Shown here: in pieces, positions 25,454 through 33,513 of the stretch
How the letters are laid out: every line of letters begins with the position of its first letter
Numbering within the stretch: the stretch's first letter is position 1
Assembly: GCA_034408685.1 (NCBI GenBank)
Contig: JAWXCP010000039.1
Span: 534 to 64,533 of the forward strand
Length of the DNA: 64,000 nt
Reading direction: 5' to 3'
Origin: Hyphomicrobium aestuarii
Lineage (GTDB): Bacteria; Pseudomonadota; Alphaproteobacteria; Rhizobiales; Hyphomicrobiaceae
Translations under genes and position numbers: made by a program
The notes under the pieces: model-generated
Told to the model about the DNA's origin: nothing
The model's input: only the letters and a program-made list of their open reading frames with translations
The model's database searches: none

Positions 25454-28400
25454 ATGATGGATGACTTCCTCGTCGTCGCGATCGGCGCCTCAGCTGGCGG
25501 GCTTGAAGCCTGCCGCAAGCTGCTCACAGCCATGCCAGCCCGGTCTGGGACGGCATTCATCGTCGTGCAGCATTTGGACCCCAACCACCCCAGCCTGATG
25601 GTCGACCTGCTCGCCTCTCATACGGACATGCCGGTCCAGCAGGCGACCGAAGGCATGCCGATCAAGCGGGACCATCTCTACGTCATACCGCCCGGTACAG
25701 AACTGTCGGTCGTTGGCGGTGCCCTTCACGTGACGCGACCCGGCCGTCCTCACGGCATGCGACTACCGTTTGATGCGCTGGTCAACTCGCTGGCGGGTGA
25801 GTTTGGAAAGCGCGTTGTCGTCGTATTGCTGTCGGGCACGGGAGCCGACGGCAGTACGGCGCTTCAAACCGTGAAGGCGGAGGTGGGTCTCGTCATCGCA
25901 CAAGATCCAGCCGAAGCGGCGTTCGATGGTATGCCACGCAGCGCCGTAGCTGCTGGCGTCGTCGATCTCGTCCTGCCGGTTGCCGAGATTCCGCACGCGA
26001 TCCTCGACTACGATAAACGAAGAGCCCCCACCGCGCCTGCTGGCGTGGGCGACACGCTCTCGTCCGTCGAAGCCCGTATGCCCGAAATCATCGAGGTGTT
26101 ACGCCAGCGGACCCCCCATGACTTCAGTGGCTACAAGCCAAGCTCATTGTTGCGGCGCATCGAGCGGCGGATGGCGGCCGTCACTGGCTGTGAAAACGAC
26201 GTCGATGGCTACCTCGCACGGCTCATGAGCGAGCCATCCGAACTCGAACATCTTGCCAACTACATTTTTGTCAATGTGACGCGGTTTTTCCGCGACGGCG
26301 ACGTTTTTGAGTTGCTGGCCAACACGGTCATCCCCGACATCGTCGCCCACCGGGTCGCCGATCAGACGCTTCGGATCTGGGTCGCTGGATGCAGCACCGG
26401 GGAGGAGGCCTACTCGCTGGTGATGCTGATCCTCGAACATACCACGCGGAGCGGTAGCCCATTTCAATTCCAGGTTTTCGCGTCCGATGCGGATGCAGAG
26501 GCGATCGCGTTTGCACGAGAGGGCTATTATCCCGAAAGCATCTCGGCCGACATTTCGCCAGAACGGCTCGCGCGCTTTTTCATCCGGGAAAAACAGGGCT
26601 ACCGCGTCTCGTCGGAGCTGCGCGGCGCCGTCATATTCGCCTGTCAGGACTTGCTCGTCGATCCGCCGTTCTCCCGCCTGGATATGGTCTCGTGCCGGAA
26701 CTTGTTGATCTACCTTGGCCACGACGCCCAGACCCGGGTCATCGACGTATTTCACTTCGCGCTTCGAGAAGGCGGCATTCTGCTGCTCGGCAATGCAGAA
26801 ACGATCGGTGCAACTGACGACCGTTTCGAGTCCATATTGGACTCGAGCAGAATTTACCGGCATGTGGCGCAATGCCGGCCGGGCGAGGTCCGTTTTGCGA
26901 TCGGCACGGAGGACGGCGCGCGTGGTCAACCACGCGCGTTACTCCCCGGAAAGCCCCGAATGCGCCCACTTGAGTTGGCTGAACTTTGCCGGCGCATGGT
27001 CATCGAGAATTTTGCGCCAGCCGCCGTACTGATCAATCATCGCCACGAGTGCCTGTATTCGGTCGGGCCAGTCGAGCGCTTCTTGCGTGTAGCTCCAGGG
27101 CACCCAACGCTTGATCTGCTCGATATGGCGCCGCAACCCATGCGCACACGCCTCAGGTTGGTCATCGCTCAGGCCACCGATACCCGTTCGCGCGCCCAAG
27201 TTAGCCGGCTCCGGATCAGCCAGGAGGACGGCGACATCGAGTTCGCGATCGAGGTCATACCGGGCCCCGACGACACTGAAAAATTGATGCTGGTATGCTT
27301 CAAAGAAGTGGCAAAGCACAGCAATCGTCCGCCATTGGGCGATGGGGAGACACCAGCAAATCCGACAGATCTTCCTCGCGTCGCAGCGCTTGAAATCGAA
27401 ATCGAGGCGACGCGGTCTGAGCTGCGGCACACCATCTTTGATCTCGAGCAATCGCGTGAAGAACAGAGGGCCATCAGCGAGGAGGCTTCTTCCGTTGCCG
27501 AAGAATACCAATCGACCAACGAAGAGCTCCTCACATCCAAGGAAGAGTTGCAGTCGCTGAACGAGGAACTTACGGCCCTCAATGGGCAGCTGCAGGAAAC
27601 TCTCGACCGTCAGAAAACGACTTCGGATTATTTGCAGAATATTCTCAATAGCACGGATATCGCGACGATATTCCTCGATGGTAAACTTCGTATCCGGTTC
27701 TTTACGCCCGCTACCAAGCAATTGTTCAGCGTTATTCCCAGCGATATCGGTCGCCCGCTTGGCGATCTCAGCTCGTTGTCTGCCGACAGCGCAGCGCTCG
27801 ATGACGCCCGGACCGTGCTCGAAACCCTTGTCCCGATGGATCGCGAGATCGAGATGCCGGACGGCGTCTGGTTCATGCGGCGCATCCAGCCCTACCGGAC
27901 CCACAACAATGGCATCGAGGGCGTTGTCATCACCTTTGACGATATCAGCCAGCGAAAGATCACAGCGGCAGCGTTGCAGGCGGCAAAAGAGCAGGCGCAG
28001 GCTGCCAATGCTGCCAAATCAAGGTTCCTCGCGGTCGCCAGCCATGATTTGCGGCAACCGTTGCAGTCGCTAGTGCTGATCCAGGGTTTGTTGGCCAAGC
28101 AGGTGACGGGAGACAAGCCGAAGCGGCTTTTGGATCGGCTTGATGAAACCTTGTCAGCAATGGCGGGGATGCTGAACACGTTGCTCGATATCAATCAAAT
28201 TGAAATCGGTGCTGTCGAGCCCGTTGTGGTCAATAGCCCGATCAATAGTTTGCTCGTGCAGATGCGCGATGAGTTTACATACCACGCGCATGCCAGGGGG
28301 CTCCAACTGCGGATCGTCGAGTCGAGCCTGACGGTCACCACCGATCCACGGCTGCTCGAACAGGTGCTGCGCAATCTTTTGTCCAACGCGATAAAATATA

Positions 28401-29803
28401 CCGAAAAAGGAAAAGTCGTCCTAGGCTGCCGCCGTCGGGCGGGTGTTGTCAGCGTCGAGGTTTGGGATAGCGGGATTGGAATACCGAAGACGGAGATCAA
28501 AAGTATCTTTGACGAATATTATCAGATTGGAAATGCAGCGCGTCAACGCAGCCAGGGTCTTGGTCTGGGACTATCCATCGTACAGCGATTGGCTCATCTG
28601 CTCAAGCACCGCATCGACGTGCGCTCGATGCCTGGCCGCGGGTCAGGCTTTGCTATCGAAATTCAGCATAAACCCGATCAGCCTGCGTCGATTGGGCATA
28701 TCCATATCGTCGCCGATGAACTGGGCGAGCCGGAGCCAAGCCACCGCAGGGCATTGATCCTCATCGTCGAGGACGACCCTGAGGTAGGCGACCTGCTTGA
28801 GGATTTTCTGGTCAACGAGGGCCATCAGGCTCTGATTGCAACCGGCGGCCCGGCTGCGGAACTGTTGATGTCGCGGACGGCGCTACAGCCCGACCTGTTG
28901 ATAACCGACTATAACTTGCCAGGCGGGATGAATGGCCTCGAACTGGCGGAGCGGGTGAGATCCCGCCTCGATCCGGCCTTTCCCATTATTGTTCTGACGG
29001 GCGACATTTCGTCAGCGACGCTTCGCAATATTGGTCAGAGCCGTTGCGTTCACGTCAACAAGCCTGTGAAAATCGATGACCTGTCCGCGATGATCCAGCG
29101 GTTGCTACGGCGCGATCAAGCCAGCAAGGTGCTGGTAGAGGGCGGGGAACCGGTTGTTCCGTTGCCCTCGGGGCCGTCGATGGTGTACGTTGTTGACGAT
29201 GACCGTCATGTCAGAGATCAGGTGCGCGAGGTGCTCGAGGACGGCGGGATGACAGTGGCCGACTTTGCTACGGCCGAGGCCTTTCTCGCAGCGTTCAAAC
29301 CCGGCGGCAGCGAGGCTTGTCTGCTGATCGATGCCTACCTGCCCGGCATGAGCGGTGTCGATGCGCTGATGCAACTCCGCCAAGCGCGCCATCGTCTACC
29401 CACCATCATGATGACAGGCTTCGGCGACGTCGGTATCGCGGTCGACGCAATGAAATCAGGCGCAATAGACTTTATCGAGAAGCCGGTGGCGCGCGGCGAA
29501 CTACTTGGCGCCATTTCGCGGGCACTGGGGATGTCGCGGGACCGCAACAAGTTGGAAGCGTGGCAGGCCGCTGCGGCTAGTCAACTTGCGGACCTGACAA
29601 GCCGACAACGTCAGATCATGGATCTTGTTCTCGCTGGCCATCCGAGCAAAAACATCGCGGCTGATCTCGGGATCAGCCAACGAACGGTCGAAAACCATCG
29701 CGCGGCAATCATGGAGCGGACCGGCGCGAAGTCGCTACCGGAATTGGCGCGGATTGCGGTGGCTGCAAATTTGGGGGATGCGGCAGACGGCGTTGTCAAA
29801 TAG
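25454..29803 (+). CDS. 1449-aa multidomain signalling protein: CheB methylesterase, CheR methyltransferase, coiled coil, PAS, HisKA/HATPase, REC, FixJ-type REC, LuxR HTH
   Basis: CheB: 'VVAIGASAGGLEA....FIVVQHLDP.H'. CheR: 'TRFFRD', 'RIWVAGCSTGEEAYSL', 'SCRNLLIYL'. PAS after a coiled coil. H-box 'SRFLAVASHDLRQPL' and G-boxes 'WDSGIGIP', 'GLGLGLSIV'. REC1 'LILIVEDDPEVG...ITDYNLPGGMNG'. REC2 'MVYVVDDDRHVR...LIDAYLPGMSG'. HTH 'LTSRQRQIMDLVLAGHPSKNIAADLGISQRTVENHRAAIM'. Confidence 0.9.
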   Translation: MMDDFLVVAIGASAGGLEACRKLLTAMPARSGTAFIVVQHLDPNHPSLMVDLLASHTDMPVQQATEGMPIKRDHLYVIPPGTELSVVGGALHVTRPGRPHGMRLPFDALVNSLAGEFGKRVVVVLLSGTGADGSTALQTVKAEVGLVIAQDPAEAAFDGMPRSAVAAGVVDLVLPVAEIPHAILDYDKRRAPTAPAGVGDTLSSVEARMPEIIEVLRQRTPHDFSGYKPSSLLRRIERRMAAVTGCENDVDGYLARLMSEPSELEHLANYIFVNVTRFFRDGDVFELLANTVIPDIVAHRVADQTLRIWVAGCSTGEEAYSLVMLILEHTTRSGSPFQFQVFASDADAEAIAFAREGYYPESISADISPERLARFFIREKQGYRVSSELRGAVIFACQDLLVDPPFSRLDMVSCRNLLIYLGHDAQTRVIDVFHFALREGGILLLGNAETIGATDDRFESILDSSRIYRHVAQCRPGEVRFAIGTEDGARGQPRALLPGKPRMRPLELAELCRRMVIENFAPAAVLINHRHECLYSVGPVERFLRVAPGHPTLDLLDMAPQPMRTRLRLVIAQATDTRSRAQVSRLRISQEDGDIEFAIEVIPGPDDTEKLMLVCFKEVAKHSNRPPLGDGETPANPTDLPRVAALEIEIEATRSELRHTIFDLEQSREEQRAISEEASSVAEEYQSTNEELLTSKEELQSLNEELTALNGQLQETLDRQKTTSDYLQNILNSTDIATIFLDGKLRIRFFTPATKQLFSVIPSDIGRPLGDLSSLSADSAALDDARTVLETLVPMDREIEMPDGVWFMRRIQPYRTHNNGIEGVVITFDDISQRKITAAALQAAKEQAQAANAAKSRFLAVASHDLRQPLQSLVLIQGLLAKQVTGDKPKRLLDRLDETLSAMAGMLNTLLDINQIEIGAVEPVVVNSPINSLLVQMRDEFTYHAHARGLQLRIVESSLTVTTDPRLLEQVLRNLLSNAIKYTEKGKVVLGCRRRAGVVSVEVWDSGIGIPKTEIKSIFDEYYQIGNAARQRSQGLGLGLSIVQRLAHLLKHRIDVRSMPGRGSGFAIEIQHKPDQPASIGHIHIVADELGEPEPSHRRALILIVEDDPEVGDLLEDFLVNEGHQALIATGGPAAELLMSRTALQPDLLITDYNLPGGMNGLELAERVRSRLDPAFPIIVLTGDISSATLRNIGQSRCVHVNKPVKIDDLSAMIQRLLRRDQASKVLVEGGEPVVPLPSGPSMVYVVDDDRHVRDQVREVLEDGGMTVADFATAEAFLAAFKPGGSEACLLIDAYLPGMSGVDALMQLRQARHRLPTIMMTGFGDVGIAVDAMKSGAIDFIEKPVARGELLGAISRALGMSRDRNKLEAWQAAAASQLADLTSRQRQIMDLVLAGHPSKNIAADLGISQRTVENHRAAIMERTGAKSLPELARIAVAANLGDAADGVVK

Positions 29804-29887
29804 CTCAGAGTCATTGTTGATCGCGCAGTTATCGGCTATCGGCTGTCGGCTTCAGTATCGCAGTTAAAATTCTATAAGCGCGATGAT

Positions 29888-29911
29888 GGGTGCGAAGGGC
29901 AATTCGCACCC
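29888..29911. terminator. Bidirectional-looking stem-loop between the convergent kinase and PRC-barrel genes
   Basis: Perfect 9-bp stem gggtgcgaa / ttcgcaccc with loop gggcaa, followed by 'accatttta' on the plus strand. Confidence 0.55.
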
Positions 29912-29931
29912 ACCATTTTACTCCGTTGCGA

Positions 29932-30345
29932 TTACTTAACGCGCGGGAGATCCTTGGCCTGTGCGGCTGTCATGTTGATCGTCGCGCGATCGCCAGCCAA
30001 CTTGAATTGCGCTGGCATCAAACGAACGCGGGTCTCACCGAGACCAAAGTATCCGCCAATGTCAGCGTGCATTTCGCTGACCTTGTCGTCGGTGCCGCGC
30101 GCGAAAGCTGCGACTTCACCGATGTTTGTGCCGTCGCTGCTATAGATTGGCTTGTTGACCCACGACTTTGCCTGCTCGGCTGTGAGCGTGATGCTTGGGG
30201 TTGTCGCCAATGCGCCCGCAGTCGGCGCGGTTGCGCCAGTGGTCGGCGCGGTTGCGGCTGGCGGCGTGACGACGGTGCTCTGAGCAAGTGCCGGGGCGGC
30301 AATGGCGGTGGCAAGGACGATTGCCAGCGTGATCGAACGCATCAT
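29932..30345 (-). CDS. Secreted PRC-barrel domain protein
   Basis: Signal peptide 'MMRSITLAIVLATAIAAPALAQ', an Ala/Thr/Pro linker, then 'WVNKPIYSSDGTNIGEVAAFARGTDDKVSEMHADIGGYFGLGETRVRLMPAQF', which is PRC-barrel-like. GGAG upstream of the ATG. Confidence 0.8.
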   Translation of the reverse strand: MMRSITLAIVLATAIAAPALAQSTVVTPPAATAPTTGATAPTAGALATTPSITLTAEQAKSWVNKPIYSSDGTNIGEVAAFARGTDDKVSEMHADIGGYFGLGETRVRLMPAQFKLAGDRATINMTAAQAKDLPRVK

Positions 30346-30422
30346 AATTAAAACTCCGTAGGTTATTTCTTCGAACACCATCTGCACACGTATGACGCTC
30401 GAGACATAGCCTCGGACAATAC

Positions 30423-31556
30423 CTACTCGGCGACCGCCTGATCGTGAGACCAATGGCGCAGCGCCATGCCGTCGCGTTTCTGTTTGATTTGGACCTCCAG
30501 ATGCTGGCGCTGCAGCAGTCCGGTTTGGGTATCGAGGTGCCCCACAACGGAAGCGGAGTTGATGGCAGCTGCAATCGCCGCGTGGTCGATACCGACGCCC
30601 GATTGTATAAAGGCTGCAAATGTCGCGTTGAATGCGTCGCCAGCGCCGGCGGTGCCGACGATATCCACGGGCAGGGCGGGGCAAAGGGTGAGGTGTGATG
30701 GCGTGCCGATATAGGCGCCATCCTTACCATCGGTGACGACGACCCACCGCGGGCCAAGTGTCGTCAACGTCTGGCAAAATGCTGCCAGCGCCATAGTGTG
30801 CCCATCACCGCACGCGAAGCCGCAGTGGACCAGCTCTGGCGTGTCTCGAGGGACGGGCGGGCGTGTTTGAAAGTCAGGCTCATGGCACGGGCTGCAGTGC
30901 CCGCCCCGCGTCAGGAGGCCTGGCACGAGTGCCGCTGCTTCTGTGCGGTTCAGCGAAAGAATGTCGATATTGGCAAGCGCGGTCCAGAAAGCGCCCTGGC
31001 GCGTGGACAGTTGCCGGATGCCGGGGTTGGCCGCGACCAGCGCACCGGCTGATTTCGCCCGCGATACGATGTCTGGGAAGCAGTCGGCCGATTGATCTGA
31101 AAGGCTCGCCACGTAGACGAGGTCAAACGCAAATGAGACGTTGTCCAGATCGTCAAGCGTCAATGTTGTGTTGGCCCCGCGAAACGTAATAACCGCCGTA
31201 TTGCGATCATGGGCTGCGATGAAAATAGATGTCCCTGTCGGAGCCTGATCATGGTGGAGAGCGTAACGGGGCGAGACCCCCTCGGCTGAGAGTTGCGAGA
31301 GGATCATGCTCGCGCCAAGATCGCGGCCGATTTTGACGACGGTAGAAACGTCATGTCCGAGCCGGGCCATGGCGACGCCGGTATTGATTGCCCCGCCGCC
31401 GCAATGAACGGAGACTGCCTTCGCTTCGCTTTTCCGGCCAACTTCGAGCAGGAGATACGACGCGTCGGCGTTGGACAGCGTCATTTGCTCGATCAGGTGG
31501 TCGTCGATCGTCACGATCGTGTCGACGGTTGCTCCGCCGATCGTAAGGACCTTCAT
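30423..31556 (-). CDS. PfkB/ribokinase-family sugar kinase with a Cys/His-rich insertion
   Basis: 'MKVLTIGGATVDTIV', 'GGGAINTGVAMARLG' and the C-terminal signature 'DIVGTAGAGDAFNATFAA'. At 377 aa it is longer than usual because of an insert around 'GGHCSPCHEPDF...VHCGFACGDGH'. Confidence 0.85.
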   Translation of the reverse strand: MKVLTIGGATVDTIVTIDDHLIEQMTLSNADASYLLLEVGRKSEAKAVSVHCGGGAINTGVAMARLGHDVSTVVKIGRDLGASMILSQLSAEGVSPRYALHHDQAPTGTSIFIAAHDRNTAVITFRGANTTLTLDDLDNVSFAFDLVYVASLSDQSADCFPDIVSRAKSAGALVAANPGIRQLSTRQGAFWTALANIDILSLNRTEAAALVPGLLTRGGHCSPCHEPDFQTRPPVPRDTPELVHCGFACGDGHTMALAAFCQTLTTLGPRWVVVTDGKDGAYIGTPSHLTLCPALPVDIVGTAGAGDAFNATFAAFIQSGVGIDHAAIAAAINSASVVGHLDTQTGLLQRQHLEVQIKQKRDGMALRHWSHDQAVAE

Positions 31557-31592
31557 CTCAAGATGACGAATGACGGCATCCGCTCGCCACCG

Positions 31593-31712
31593 TTATTGTT
31601 TGAGTTCGATGCTTGGAACTTTGATTGTAATGTCGTTCCGCGTGCTCTGGTAATAGAGATATCCCAAAACACCGACGCCAACGATGAGTAGACCAATGAT
31701 CGTTGTCTTCAT
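31593..31712 (-). CDS. Possible 39-aa single-TM protein
   Basis: 'MKTTIIGLLIVGVGVLGYLYYQSTRNDITIKVPSIELKQ'. The ATG has GAGGG upstream. Support is only the ORF, the RBS and hydrophobicity. Confidence 0.4.
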   Translation of the reverse strand: MKTTIIGLLIVGVGVLGYLYYQSTRNDITIKVPSIELKQ

Positions 31713-31785
31713 GGCGACACCCTCGCTGAGTGATGATGTGGTGGCCGGAGCATTGTGCCCCGGCCTTTTTTCGAACCGCGCAGTA

Positions 31786-32226
31786 TTAGTTGAGATACGG
31801 ACAGGTGCGGCGAATGCCGTCGTACCCGGTGTACATTCCGGTATCGCTCTCGAACGACTTGTAGGTCTGTTCGCAACGTTCCCAATCACCGCTGTGGCTG
31901 GAGCGATGCTCGGCGCGGGCGGCTTGTGACAGCAGAACGCCGCCGATGATGGCAGCCCCTAAGCCGATGCCAGCGTTGCGTCCGAAGTTGCGGTTACGGT
32001 TGCCACGGTAGTAGCCGTAGTTGCGCCCGTTTCGCATCCCAAACGCTGCGCTACCCCGGCGATTATTTCGGAACTGCACGGTCTCGACGTCGCTGGGTGC
32101 GACTGCCGCTGAGGGCGAGGTCTGGAGCGCGGTGCTTGCTGGGAACGCAGCGGCCGGTGCTGCGAAGAGGGCCAGCGCCAACGCGCAGATGGCGGTTGGG
32201 CGGCTGAGTGACATCAATATATGCAT
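31786..32226 (-). CDS. BA14K-family secreted protein
   Basis: Signal peptide, a Gly/Asn/Arg-rich middle, a TM-like 'GIGLGAAIIGGVLL', and the C-terminal 'WERCEQTYKSFESDTGMYTGYDGIRRTCPY', the BA14K motif (C..Y.S....G.Y..Y.G.R..C). Confidence 0.8.
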   Translation of the reverse strand: MHILMSLSRPTAICALALALFAAPAAAFPASTALQTSPSAAVAPSDVETVQFRNNRRGSAAFGMRNGRNYGYYRGNRNRNFGRNAGIGLGAAIIGGVLLSQAARAEHRSSHSGDWERCEQTYKSFESDTGMYTGYDGIRRTCPYLN

Positions 32227-32351
32227 GTTTTCAACTTTCAGGATTGTCGAGCCAGTATCGTAGGCTCGCGACAGTTACGGGTGGAGCGCCCGGCGGCGCG
32301 AATGCCTCCGCCGGGATAAAGCTGCGATGCAGACGCGAGGAACGCGCTGGT

Positions 32352-32609
32352 TTAGGCGATGCGACGGACGAAGCTGATCAAGATCAAAAGGACGATCGCG
32401 CCGAGGGTTGCCGAGATGATCTGACCGGTCAGGTCAGAGCCGGGGAATATCCCCAGGCGCGGCAGCAAGGCGCCGCCGAGGACTGCGCCGACGATGCCGA
32501 TTACGATGTTGCCGATGAGGCCAAAGCCGTAGCCCTTGACAACGACGCCGGCGAGGAAGCCAGCGACCGCACCGATGACGAGCCAGATGATAAGCGCTTC
32601 TGCAGGCAT
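32352..32609 (-). CDS. GlsB/YeaQ/YmgE-family (transglycosylase-associated) small membrane stress protein
   Basis: 85 aa, 'LIIWLVIGAVAGFLAGVVVKGYGFGLIGNIVIGIVGAVLGGAL'. GGAGA RBS. Confidence 0.85.
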   Translation of the reverse strand: MPAEALIIWLVIGAVAGFLAGVVVKGYGFGLIGNIVIGIVGAVLGGALLPRLGIFPGSDLTGQIISATLGAIVLLILISFVRRIA

Positions 32610-32938
32610 GAGCGTTCTCCACGAATGAAATGCCAGTCGGTGAGCTGCGGCGGCGCCGGGGCCGTTGCTTGCACGAGCAACGGTTAGTTGGCGGGCCGCC
32701 AGACTGGTCCATCTCATTGCTGCACCCTGGGGAGCCTGCGTGCGAGAGTCGGAAAGTACCCAGCCCCGCGCGATACGGAACGAGGCGCAATAGTTTCAGA
32801 TTGAGTAGACTCCGAGGCTCAACACGCCATCGGCAACTTCTTAGGCTCATGTTCCTGCCATTGCGCTTTCGGCTGTCATCAGCGCCTGAAAAGGCCTGTT
32901 GCATCTCCGGAAGGCACCTTGAGGAGTTGTTGCGTATC

Positions 32939-33256
32939 ATGGACCGCCATCTCAATGCCCAGCCCCATTCGCAGCCCCGGTATCATCGCGTTCACGCCGT
33001 CTTCGGCGATCACGAGCAGTCGTTTGATTTCGCGGTTGGCACGACGCTCGCACAACTTTCCGAGCGCGTCGCAGACCTGGCCCGGGAAAACGCAAACTGG
33101 CCCGTAGGCGTCTCGGTTGTTTTTGACAGCCAAGCGAACGATCGGATCACGGGACGTTCGATAGTCCGGGACTCGATGAAAACGACGGCGGAAACACCGC
33201 TCTCCGGTTCGGCTTCCTATTCGCGGCATGACGCCCGCGACGGTATCCGGCGGTGA
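32939..33256 (+). CDS. Hypothetical protein (weak call)
   Basis: 105-aa ORF with mostly G/C third positions. No recognisable motif. GAGGAG lies about 15 nt upstream, which is rather far. Confidence 0.3.
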   Translation: MDRHLNAQPHSQPRYHRVHAVFGDHEQSFDFAVGTTLAQLSERVADLARENANWPVGVSVVFDSQANDRITGRSIVRDSMKTTAETPLSGSASYSRHDARDGIRR

Positions 33257-33513
33257 TTGCCAGGATGTGGGAAGACTTGCTCGAGTTTCTATGGCTCGTC
33301 TCTGCGCTCCTCGCGGTTTCACTGCTCAGCGTCGGTCTGGGCGGGGGCTGGATCCTGTTTCTCGAGGCGCTGCACTGAAGCTGTCCGGTGTCGGCCAAAA
33401 CCGCAGGCAGAGCCCCGCCTCGCTTTCGAGCGCGCAGGGCTCCAACGATCCAAGCTCGATAAAATGACCGGACCCGTCCGGAATAACGGCACGCTCACAG
33501 CAAGGTGGCAAGC

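Noticed and set aside
26144-27904. Minus-strand ORFs of 261 and 321 aa inside the CheB-CheR-kinase gene
   Set aside because: They are antisense to clear CheR/PAS motifs and have no motifs of their own.
32227-32800. EcfG-type promoters (GGAAC-N16-17-CGTT) upstream of the BA14K and YeaQ/GlsB genes
   Set aside because: GGAAC and CGTT half-sites occur but never in the right orientation and spacing in the stretches I inspected by eye. This needs a proper motif scan.
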